Source: an uncultured Enterobacterales bacterium (GTDB lineage Bacteria > Myxococcota_A > UBA796 > UBA2385). From it: a stretch of DNA of 64,000 bases. The position numbers were made by a program, and so were the translations under genes. Below, piece after piece: positions 35,773 through 43,972 of the stretch (position 1 is the first letter of the stretch; each line of letters opens with the position of its first letter). Location: positions 1,982-65,981 of the forward strand of contig CAZRFD010000026.1 in NCBI GenBank assembly GCA_964599085.1, given 5' to 3'. A model generated the notes under the pieces. It had not been told where the DNA came from, did no database searches, and saw nothing but the letters and a program-made list of their open reading frames with translations.

Positions 35773-37487
35773 GGGCGTGCTCCGGGAGGCGTCGGTGTAG
35801 CGGGCAGCCTACCAGCGGGTCCGCGCGCTCGCTCGCGCCGACGTCGGAGCAGGGCGGCGATGGACAGCGGCAGCGTCGTGAAAGCCATTGGCGCGGCGGG
35901 CGCGCTGGCGCAGCCCGTGCCGCTGCTGCTGGACGGCCCAGCGAGGCGGAGCTTGCCCGCGCCGAGGGCGGGGTCCGCGGACTGCCAGCTCTTCGAGTCG
36001 GAGAGCACGTGGCCCCGCAGGCGCGCTGCCGCTTCGAAGGCGTCGATGCCGGGCTCGCTCGACATCATGAGGACCACGGCGGCGGCCACCGACGGTGTGG
36101 CCGCGCTGGTGCCGTAGAAGCCCGTCGGTCCGTAGACGCTGGTCGAGATGCCGTCGGGGCCGGAGATGTCGGGCTTGTCCACGCCGCCGTTGGTGGGGCC
36201 GACGCTGGAGAAGAACTCGGGGCCGTTGTCGGCATAGCCGACCGCCCGCACCGCGCCGACGGTGAGCACCGCGGGGTGGGCGCCGGGATCGGTCACCGAG
36301 CCCGCGGCGATGCCGTGCCAGACCTCGCCGTCGCGGGTGAGCACGTCCATGTCGGCGTCGGGCTGGCCCGCGTGGCGCTCCACCGCGAAGTAGTACCATC
36401 CATCGGCGGGCAGCTCGGCCCGTACCCGCTCCGTCGGGCTGCAGCCGTCGTCGCCGGCGACCTGGCGCCCGTCGCTGTGTCCGAGCACGTCGCCGTCGCC
36501 GTCGAGCAGCCAGGCGTCGAGGTCGGTGCGGCCGCAGGCGCCGAAGTCATCCCAGATGAGCTGCACGCGCTGCACGCCCTCGTGCATCCAGATCGGCAGG
36601 GTCGTGCGGTCGCTGAAGAACTCGTGGAAGCCGTCTGAGTCGGTGTCGTGGAAGCGTCCCCGCCAGTGCTGGTCGGCGTAGTTGCCCGCGCTCGTCACCA
36701 TGAGCACGCCGCCGGCTTCGAGGCGATCCATCAGGGCCGAGACGGGCCCGCTGCCGTCGTAGAAGCTGTTGTTGAAGAAGGACATCGACATGCTGACGAC
36801 GTCGATACCCTCGCGGATCGCCCAGTCGACGGCGTTCTCCAGGCTGGTGACGCCGGCGACCTTGACCAGGTGCAGCTCGACGCCTGGTGCCAGGTCGCTG
36901 ATGATCTGCGCGCAGGCCAGGCCGTGGCTGCCCAGCTCCCACGAGTAGCGGGGGTTGAGGCTGTCGATCGGGACCTGGCAGCTCTTGTGGGCGAAGCAGT
37001 CGTGGGTCTGGAGCGTGCCGACCAGCTCGTCGGTGGCCAGCTCCTCGCCGTACCACTGGACGTCGAAGATGGCGACCTTGACCTTGCTGCCGTCGGGGTA
37101 GCTGCCGTCGAAGCCGGCGTCCTGCCAGGCCGCGACGTGCATGGCGGCTTCGCCCTCCCAGGCGACCCAGTCGCCGAGGCCCTCGAGCGCGTCGCCCTCT
37201 TCGGGCACGGCCTGGGCTTGTGTGGCCGCCAGCTCGTCTTCATCCAGCTCGAAGACCTGCGGGACGCCCAGCTCTTCGACTCGCCAGGGCAGGTCGTCGG
37301 GCGGTGTCAGCAGGACGCTGCCGGTCTCGCTGGTGCAGATGGCGTCGGGCAGATCCGGCACATCCACGCGGACCAGCGACCAGGGATCGACGTCGGCGGG
37401 CGTGGGTGCGCCCTGGGCGCGCGCGCTCCCGCCGAGGCAGCACAGCGCAGCCAGGAGGGCGGAGGGGGCGGGGAGGGTGGTTCGCAT
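35769..37487 (-). CDS. Subtilisin-like serine protease (S8) with MYXO-CTERM-type tail
   Basis: Signal peptide MRTTLPAPSALLAALCCLGGSARA. Asp VAIFDVQ, His HGLACAQI, Ser GTSAATPSVAAAVVLM. Near the C-terminus SGTGCASAPAAPMAFTTLPLSIAALLRRRRE. Stop overlaps the next start (ATGA). Confidence 0.8.
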   Translation of the reverse strand: MRTTLPAPSALLAALCCLGGSARAQGAPTPADVDPWSLVRVDVPDLPDAICTSETGSVLLTPPDDLPWRVEELGVPQVFELDEDELAATQAQAVPEEGDALEGLGDWVAWEGEAAMHVAAWQDAGFDGSYPDGSKVKVAIFDVQWYGEELATDELVGTLQTHDCFAHKSCQVPIDSLNPRYSWELGSHGLACAQIISDLAPGVELHLVKVAGVTSLENAVDWAIREGIDVVSMSMSFFNNSFYDGSGPVSALMDRLEAGGVLMVTSAGNYADQHWRGRFHDTDSDGFHEFFSDRTTLPIWMHEGVQRVQLIWDDFGACGRTDLDAWLLDGDGDVLGHSDGRQVAGDDGCSPTERVRAELPADGWYYFAVERHAGQPDADMDVLTRDGEVWHGIAAGSVTDPGAHPAVLTVGAVRAVGYADNGPEFFSSVGPTNGGVDKPDISGPDGISTSVYGPTGFYGTSAATPSVAAAVVLMMSSEPGIDAFEAAARLRGHVLSDSKSWQSADPALGAGKLRLAGPSSSSGTGCASAPAAPMAFTTLPLSIAALLRRRRERARGPAGRLPATPTPPGARP

Positions 37488-37530
37488 CGGGTCCACGGTA
37501 GCGCGCGGCTGGGGGGGATACACCAGCGCC

Positions 37531-38346
37531 ATGATCCCCACGCCTGCAACGGACCGGTTCGCCGGCCCCTCCGCCCATCGCCTCCGTGTCGTCCACGAGG
37601 GCCTGCTGTCGCTGTGCCTGGAGCGCCGGGGCCGGCCGGTGCGCTTCAACCCGCGCCACCCGCCTGCCGCCGGGGACATCGTCGTCCTCGACTGGTGCTG
37701 GCCCGAGCACCTCCGGGCGGCGCAGGCCGCAGCGGCGGCGGGGCAGCGCTTCGACGTCGTCGCGCCCGAGGCGGTGGGGCGCTGGCTCGTCGATCAGGGT
37801 CTGCCCGCCGACCGGGTCCACGGCAGCGGCTGCAGGATTGACGGCGTCAGCTTCGACCAGCAGCCCTACCAGCCCATCCCCTGGGCCACCCCCATCGAGG
37901 GTGTGCGCAAGCTGCGCTCCGCCGTGGTCCAGCCCGCGCGCGCCGCCCGCCGCCTCGCCAGCCACCGGGGTCTGCCGAGCTGCGCGCCGCAGGTGACCGC
38001 GCTGCGCCTGGCCGACGGCGGTCGCCTCCTGCACCTCAACCTCAGCCTGCACCGCGGCACGCCCGATGACTGGTTGTCGCGGCTGGCCGATGCGCAGGGC
38101 GGGGCGGACTGGGTGTTGGTCGGCTGTGACTTCGAAGAGGACGCCGCCATCGCCGCCCGGCTTCCGCGGCTGGCGGCCCGCACGATCCTGGTCGTCGACC
38201 TCGTCGGCGAGGTGCGGCGCGCCATCGGCATGCCAACGGCGCTGCTCACCCCGCTCGTCGATCAGCTCCGTCGCGACGATCTCGACGCCTACGTGCTGGC
38301 GGCCCACACCAGCTTTCGCTTCGAAACGGGGCCGGACCTGCAATGA
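37531..38346 (+). CDS. Hypothetical protein
   Basis: ATG MIPTPATDRF 43 nt from the divergent S8 protease start. 271 aa, no motif recognised. Confidence 0.5.
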   Translation: MIPTPATDRFAGPSAHRLRVVHEGLLSLCLERRGRPVRFNPRHPPAAGDIVVLDWCWPEHLRAAQAAAAAGQRFDVVAPEAVGRWLVDQGLPADRVHGSGCRIDGVSFDQQPYQPIPWATPIEGVRKLRSAVVQPARAARRLASHRGLPSCAPQVTALRLADGGRLLHLNLSLHRGTPDDWLSRLADAQGGADWVLVGCDFEEDAAIAARLPRLAARTILVVDLVGEVRRAIGMPTALLTPLVDQLRRDDLDAYVLAAHTSFRFETGPDLQ

Positions 38347-38430
38347 ACAGGGCGGCTGTGCGAAGCTCTCGGTGAGCGGCCCGAGTCCGTCGCCAGGGCG
38401 GTCCGCGCATCCGCCACAAGGAGTGAGCAC

Positions 38431-39810
38431 ATGGGTTTCTGGGACACCATCAAGAGCACCGCCGTCGAGCACGGAAAGGCGCAGTTCCTCGACGTCATCG
38501 AGTGGACTGACGACACCCGCGACACCATCGTCTACCGCTTCCCCATCTTCAACAACGCCATCCAGGACGGCGGCAAGCTCGTCGTCCGTGAGGGCCAGGC
38601 GGCCGTCTTCGTCAACGAGGGCACCCTCAGCGACGTCTTCGGCCCGGGCACCTACGAGCTGTCGACCCGCACCAAGGCCATCGCCAGCTTCTTCGAGAGC
38701 ATCAAGTACGCCCTGAACTACCCCTACAAGGGCGACATCTACTTCGTGAACACCCGCCAGTTCACCGACCAGAAGTGGGGCACGCCCAACCCGATCATGA
38801 TGCACGACAAGGAGATCGGGCCGGTCCGCGTCCGGGCCTTCGGCAACTACACCTACAAGGTCACCGACCCGGCCACCTTCCTGCGCGAGATCGTCGGGAC
38901 CTCGGGGCTGTTCACCACCGCCGAGATCAACGGGCAGCTCAAGCGCAAGCTGGTCAGCGGCTTCGCCGACACCCTGGGTGAAGCCGAGATCCCGGTGCTG
39001 CGCCTCGCGGCGTCCTATATGGACCTCGGCGATGCGCTGCGCGAGCGGATCAGCAAGTGGTTCGAGAGCAGCTACGGCATCTCGCTGACCGACTTCGTGG
39101 TCGAGAACGTCAGCCTGCCACCGGAGGTCGAGAAGATGCTGGACAAGCGGTCCAGCATGGGCTTGCTCGGCGACATGAACAAGTACACGCAGTTCCAGAC
39201 CGCCGAAGCCATCGGCAAGATGGCGGACCGCCCGGGCGGTGGCTCCAGCCCCTTCATGGACGCAGGTATGGGGCTGGCCATGGGCAACGTCGTCGGTGGT
39301 GCGGTCGCTGGGGGCTTCGCGGCACCCGGCGGCATGGCCGGCGCAGCACCCCCGCCTCCCCCGGGTGGGGCGCGGCTGCACTACAACGGCCCCGGCGGCC
39401 AGGCGCAGCTCACCGCGCAGGAAGTGGCCCAGCGCGTGGCCCAGGACCGCAACGGCGACCACCACGTGTGGATGCCGGGCTGGCCGGGCTGGAAGCCCTG
39501 GTCGCAGGTCCCCGAGGTCGCCAACCTCGTGCCGCCCCCCGCGGCCGCCCCGCCGCCGCCGCCGGGTGCCGGCGCGAAGCTGCACTACAGCGGCGCCTCG
39601 GGCGGCCAGGAAGAGCTGTCCGTCGCCGAGATCGCGCAGCGGCTCGCCGCCGATCCCGGCGGGCGGCACCTCGTCTGGAAGGCCGGCATGAGCGGCTGGA
39701 CGCCGGCCAAGGACGTCCCCGAAGTCGCCCAGGCACTGGCAGCGGCCGCGCCTCCGCCCCCGCCTCCTCCTGCCGCGGCTCCTCCTCCTCCCCCGATGCC
39801 GGAAGAGTAG
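38431..39810 (+). CDS. SPFH/band-7 family protein with two C-terminal DUF4339 (GYF-like) repeats separated by poly-Pro linkers
   Basis: AAGGAGTG SD. N-terminal SPFH-like region (FLDVIEWTDDTRDTIVYRFP...). Two repeats LHYNGPGGQAQLTAQEVAQRVA...W.PGW..W..V.EV and LHYSGASGGQEELSVAEIAQRLA...W..GMSGW...DVPEV. Several P5-P9 runs. Confidence 0.8.
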   Translation: MGFWDTIKSTAVEHGKAQFLDVIEWTDDTRDTIVYRFPIFNNAIQDGGKLVVREGQAAVFVNEGTLSDVFGPGTYELSTRTKAIASFFESIKYALNYPYKGDIYFVNTRQFTDQKWGTPNPIMMHDKEIGPVRVRAFGNYTYKVTDPATFLREIVGTSGLFTTAEINGQLKRKLVSGFADTLGEAEIPVLRLAASYMDLGDALRERISKWFESSYGISLTDFVVENVSLPPEVEKMLDKRSSMGLLGDMNKYTQFQTAEAIGKMADRPGGGSSPFMDAGMGLAMGNVVGGAVAGGFAAPGGMAGAAPPPPPGGARLHYNGPGGQAQLTAQEVAQRVAQDRNGDHHVWMPGWPGWKPWSQVPEVANLVPPPAAAPPPPPGAGAKLHYSGASGGQEELSVAEIAQRLAADPGGRHLVWKAGMSGWTPAKDVPEVAQALAAAAPPPPPPPAAAPPPPPMPEE

Positions 39811-39913
39811 GCGTCCACAGGGCCGCCAGGGGAGTGCTCCTGGCGGCGGTCGCCTGGCCATGCTCTCCCCGCCGCGGCGCCTGCCCGGCGGGGAGCGTCG
39901 TTGTGGCAGGGCG

Positions 39914-41683
39914 TCAGACCGTGTTGCGCACCGCCAGCTCGTCGAGCTGTGCCGAGTCGACGGTGCTCGGCGAGCCGGCCATCAGATCCTGCGCCGTCGT
40001 CGTCTTGGGGAAGGCGATGACGTCACGGATGTTGTCCGTGCCGGACAGGATCATGACGAGGCGGTCGAAGCCGAAGGCCAGCCCGCCGTGCGGGGGGGCG
40101 CCGTAGCTGAGCGCGTCGAGCAGGAAGCCGAACTTGTGGCGGGCTTCCTCTTCAGACAGCCCGAGCGCCTCGAACACCTTGGCCTGCAGCGCCTGGTCGT
40201 GGATCCGGATGCTCCCGCCGCCGATCTCGTAGCCGTTGCACACGAGGTCGTAGGCGTCCGAGAGCACCTCGCCCATGCGGTCCGTGCCCATGAGCGGGAT
40301 GTGCTCGTCCAGGGGCTTGGTGAAGGGGTGGTGCACGGCGACCCAGCGGCCGGTCTCCTCGTCCTGTTCGAAGGCCGGGAAGGCCGTCACCCACACGAAG
40401 CCGAAGCTGTCGGCGTCGATGAGCTCGAGCTGCTGGGCGACGTGGGAGCGCAGCCGGCCGAGCCCGGTGTGGACGTGGGCGGCGGGCCCGGCGGCGACCA
40501 GCGCGAGGTCTCCGGGGGCTGCGCCGAGCTGATCGAGCAGCGCGGGTTCGACCTTGGAGAGAGGGCCAGACCAGCCGGTGTCGTTGCGCTTGCCCCACAG
40601 CAGGCCACCGAGGCGGTAGCGCTTCACGAACTCGGTCCAGGCATCGATGACCTTGCGGCTGGCCTTGGCGGCGCCCCCGGGGATCACCATGCCCTTGGCG
40701 ATGCCGCCGGCGTCGAGCGCCCCGCGGACCACGCGGAAGCCAGTGTCGCCCCAGGACAGGGCGATGTGCTCGAGATCGAAGCGGACGTCGGGGTTGTCGA
40801 CGCCGTAGCGCGCGATCGCTTCGGCGTAGGACAGCACGTCGATCTCGGGCAGCGTGATGCCCTTGATCTCCTGGAAGAGTGCCGTGACCAGGCCGTCCAT
40901 CAGCTCCTTGACCAGGGGCCAGGTCGCGAAGCTGATCTCGATGTCGATCTGGGTGAACTCCGGCTGGCGATCGGCGCGGAGGTCTTCGTCGCGGAAGCAC
41001 TTGCAGATCTGGAAGTAGCGGTCGAAGCCGGCGATCATCAGGATCTGCTTGAAGATCTGCGGCGACTGCGGCAGCGCGTACCACTCGCCGGGGTGCACGC
41101 GGCTGGGGACGAGGTAGTCGCGGGCGCCCTCGGGGGTGGACTTGTTGAGGATCGGGGTCTCGACCTCGGTGAAGCCGTGGGCGTCGAGGTAGCGGCGCGT
41201 GACCTGGTAGGCCTTGTGGCGCACGAGCAGGCGCTGCTGCATCTCGGGGCGGCGGAGGTCCAGGTACCGATAGGTCAGACGGACCTCTTCGCTGGCGGAG
41301 GCGGCCTTGGCGCTGCCACTGCCGACGACGAAGGGCAGCGGCTTCGTGCTGGACAGCACGGTGACGCGGGTCGCCAGGACCTCGACGGCGCCGGTGGGCA
41401 TGTCGGGGTTGATTGCGCCGGCGTCGCGGGCCATCGCGGTGCCCTCGACCTCGACGACGTACTCCAGGCGCGCCTTCCGTGCGCCCTCCCAGGCGTCGGC
41501 CCCGCAGCGGTCGTCGACGGTCACCTGGGTCAGGCCGTAGCGGTCGCGCACCAACAGGAAGAGGACCCCGCCGTTGTCGCGCACGGAGTCGACCCAGCCC
41601 TGGAGGATGACGGTGGCGCCGGCGTCGGCGGGGCGGAGCGCTCCGCAGTCATGGGTACGGCGAGACAAGCCAGCGGTGGACAT
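39914..41683 (-). CDS. aspS: Aspartate--tRNA ligase
   Basis: N-terminal OB fold VILQGWVDSVRDNGGVLFLLVRDRYG, class-II motifs, and GAD insertion. 589 aa. Confidence 0.9.
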   Translation of the reverse strand: MSTAGLSRRTHDCGALRPADAGATVILQGWVDSVRDNGGVLFLLVRDRYGLTQVTVDDRCGADAWEGARKARLEYVVEVEGTAMARDAGAINPDMPTGAVEVLATRVTVLSSTKPLPFVVGSGSAKAASASEEVRLTYRYLDLRRPEMQQRLLVRHKAYQVTRRYLDAHGFTEVETPILNKSTPEGARDYLVPSRVHPGEWYALPQSPQIFKQILMIAGFDRYFQICKCFRDEDLRADRQPEFTQIDIEISFATWPLVKELMDGLVTALFQEIKGITLPEIDVLSYAEAIARYGVDNPDVRFDLEHIALSWGDTGFRVVRGALDAGGIAKGMVIPGGAAKASRKVIDAWTEFVKRYRLGGLLWGKRNDTGWSGPLSKVEPALLDQLGAAPGDLALVAAGPAAHVHTGLGRLRSHVAQQLELIDADSFGFVWVTAFPAFEQDEETGRWVAVHHPFTKPLDEHIPLMGTDRMGEVLSDAYDLVCNGYEIGGGSIRIHDQALQAKVFEALGLSEEEARHKFGFLLDALSYGAPPHGGLAFGFDRLVMILSGTDNIRDVIAFPKTTTAQDLMAGSPSTVDSAQLDELAVRNTV

Positions 41684-41768
41684 GGAGACCTCCTGCGGCG
41701 CGCGGGCGCCGTCGTGACGGGCCCCGGCCTAACCGCCGCCCATGGCCGCTGTCGCGCTGTCGGGGGGC

Positions 41769-42755
41769 TCAGGGAATGGTGGAGTCGTCGACGTTGACGA
41801 TGGCGAGCGCGCCGGCGTCGGCGTCGGTGACCCAGGCGACCTGGTCGAGGACGTAGATCCCCTCGGGACGGGCCATGCCCGACAGCGCGACCCGGCCCAG
41901 CTCCGTCGGGGCGTCGGGATCGCCGACGTCGAGGACGACGAGCGCGTCGTCGGAGCCGACGTAGAGCCGGTCGTCGATGGCTGCGAGGCCCCAGGCGCTG
42001 CCCGTGGTCCAGGCTCCAGCGGCGACCGGCGCGTCGAGCACCGACACGTCCCATGCCTGCAGGCCAGCGGTGCCCAGCGCCGCCCACAGCACGCCGTCGG
42101 CGGCGAGCAGGCCGGCCCCGGCCCCGCCGACGATGCTGCCTGCGTCAATGGAGGCGCGAACGTCCATGCCGCCGCCCAGGATGTCGACGCGACCGTCGTC
42201 CCGCGCGATGAACTGGCCGCTGTCGTCGAAGGCGATCCCCACGGGCTCGGCCGGATCGTACTCGCCCCACTTGTTCTGCTCGAGGTTGTCGAGGCTGTAG
42301 GTGAGGATGCCCTCCACGACGAGGATGTGGTCCCCGCCCCCCTTGGGGTCCGGTGCCCGCCCGCCGAGCCAGGCCTGGTTGTGGCCCGCGTCGACTGTCA
42401 GCGCCGTCAGGGGGTAGGCGGTCGGGTAGCTGCCGATGATGGACAGGTTGCCCGGGTGGATGACCGCCAGCCCCTGATCTCCCGCGGCGACCTCGACGCG
42501 GCCGGTCTCGCCGTCGACGGCGTGGCACTCGATGTCGACGATGTCCTCGAGCCATGGGTCGAAGAGGTCGGTGCCCGACACCACGTACAGGCCCTGGCCG
42601 CCGGTGCAGACGAAGATCCGTCCGCTGTCGACCCACAGGCTGCTGGCGGCGGGCACCTCCAGCCAGCCGTACTCCTGGCCGAAGGTGACGGTGGGATCGA
42701 GGACATGGCCCTTCGACGGGCCGAGGCAGGCAGACGCGAGGAGCAGGATCAGCAT
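41769..42755 (-). CDS. Beta-propeller (LVIVD-like repeat) lipoprotein
   Basis: MLILLLASACLG lipobox. Repeated L-x-V-x-D segments (ALVVLDVGD, LAIVNVDD, HILVVEGILTYSLDN). Confidence 0.65.
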   Translation of the reverse strand: MLILLLASACLGPSKGHVLDPTVTFGQEYGWLEVPAASSLWVDSGRIFVCTGGQGLYVVSGTDLFDPWLEDIVDIECHAVDGETGRVEVAAGDQGLAVIHPGNLSIIGSYPTAYPLTALTVDAGHNQAWLGGRAPDPKGGGDHILVVEGILTYSLDNLEQNKWGEYDPAEPVGIAFDDSGQFIARDDGRVDILGGGMDVRASIDAGSIVGGAGAGLLAADGVLWAALGTAGLQAWDVSVLDAPVAAGAWTTGSAWGLAAIDDRLYVGSDDALVVLDVGDPDAPTELGRVALSGMARPEGIYVLDQVAWVTDADAGALAIVNVDDSTIP

Positions 42756-42856
42756 GCCGGGATGGTGGCACAGGAGGCGACCGTCGGGGAGGGCGTGCCA
42801 CGTCCTGACGCACCCCTCCGTGATAGCCGCCGCCATCCCGCGACGTGGAGTGCCGC

Positions 42857-43876
42857 ATGTCCGACCCATCCTCGACCCCCTCGACCCCTGACGCCTCCGA
42901 CAAGCCACGCGTGCTGGTGACGGGTGGGCACGGCTTCATCGGCAGCTTCGTCGTGCGCCACCTCGTCTCTCGGGGCTACCCGGTGCGCTGCCTGGTGCGC
43001 AGCAGCAGCCGCACGCACCGCATCGACGCGCTGGGCGTCGACAAGGTCATCGGCGACATCCTCGACCCCGACAGCATCGCCGATGCGATGGATGGCTGCG
43101 AGCTCTGCATCCACCTCGCCGGCATCAGCTCCTATGCCGACATGGACAAGGACTTCGCCCGGCCGACCATCGTCCAGGGCACGCGCAACATCTTCGAGGC
43201 CGCCCTCGCCCGCGGGCTGCGGCGCGTCGTCTACATCAGCAGCGGCATCATCTACGCCAGCCACGACCCTGACCGTGTCTGCGACGAGACCGCCAGCTTC
43301 GAGCTGGAGGGCAGCGGGCTCATCTACGCCGAGTCCAAGCACGAAAACGAGCAGCAGGTCGACGACTTCGTCGGCAGGGGCCTCGACGTCGTCGTCGCCA
43401 TCCCCATGGAGACCTACGGTCCCGAAGACGATGAGTTCCTGACGACCGGCTACCTCAAGGAGGCGATCAACGGCTGGCCGGCCATGGCCACCAAGGGGGG
43501 CACGATGTACGGCCACGTCGACGATGTCGCCGAGGGCATCGTGCTCGCGCTGGAGAAGGGGGGAACCGGCGAGCGCTACATCCTGGGGTCGGAGAACGGC
43601 ACCATCGAGCAGATCATCACGCTGGCCCTGGACGTCGCCGGCAAGCAGAAGAAGGTGCTGGTCATGCCGACCGGCTTGACCCGCTTCGTGGTGCGCTCGC
43701 TGTACAACCTCGGACTGCCAAGCCCCGAGCACCCCAACGCCATCGAGTACGGCACGCTGTATGCGTTCGGAAAGAACGACAAGGCGAAGCGCGAGCTCGG
43801 CTGGAAGCCCCGCTCGGGCCGGGCGGTCCTGGAGGACACGATCCGTTGGCTGCGACAGGCCGGCCACATCAGGTAG
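42857..43876 (+). CDS. NAD-dependent epimerase/dehydratase (HpnA/dihydroflavonol-reductase-like SDR)
   Basis: VLVTGGHGFIGSFVV and YAESK. Confidence 0.8.
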   Translation: MSDPSSTPSTPDASDKPRVLVTGGHGFIGSFVVRHLVSRGYPVRCLVRSSSRTHRIDALGVDKVIGDILDPDSIADAMDGCELCIHLAGISSYADMDKDFARPTIVQGTRNIFEAALARGLRRVVYISSGIIYASHDPDRVCDETASFELEGSGLIYAESKHENEQQVDDFVGRGLDVVVAIPMETYGPEDDEFLTTGYLKEAINGWPAMATKGGTMYGHVDDVAEGIVLALEKGGTGERYILGSENGTIEQIITLALDVAGKQKKVLVMPTGLTRFVVRSLYNLGLPSPEHPNAIEYGTLYAFGKNDKAKRELGWKPRSGRAVLEDTIRWLRQAGHIR

Positions 43877-43972
43877 CCGTCTTTGCGGCGCGCTGCCTCA
43901 GGCGAGCGTTCCGATCAACGGGATGGGCTTGCACGGATCCTGCACATGCCTCGCCGTCTGGTAGGCTCAGGT

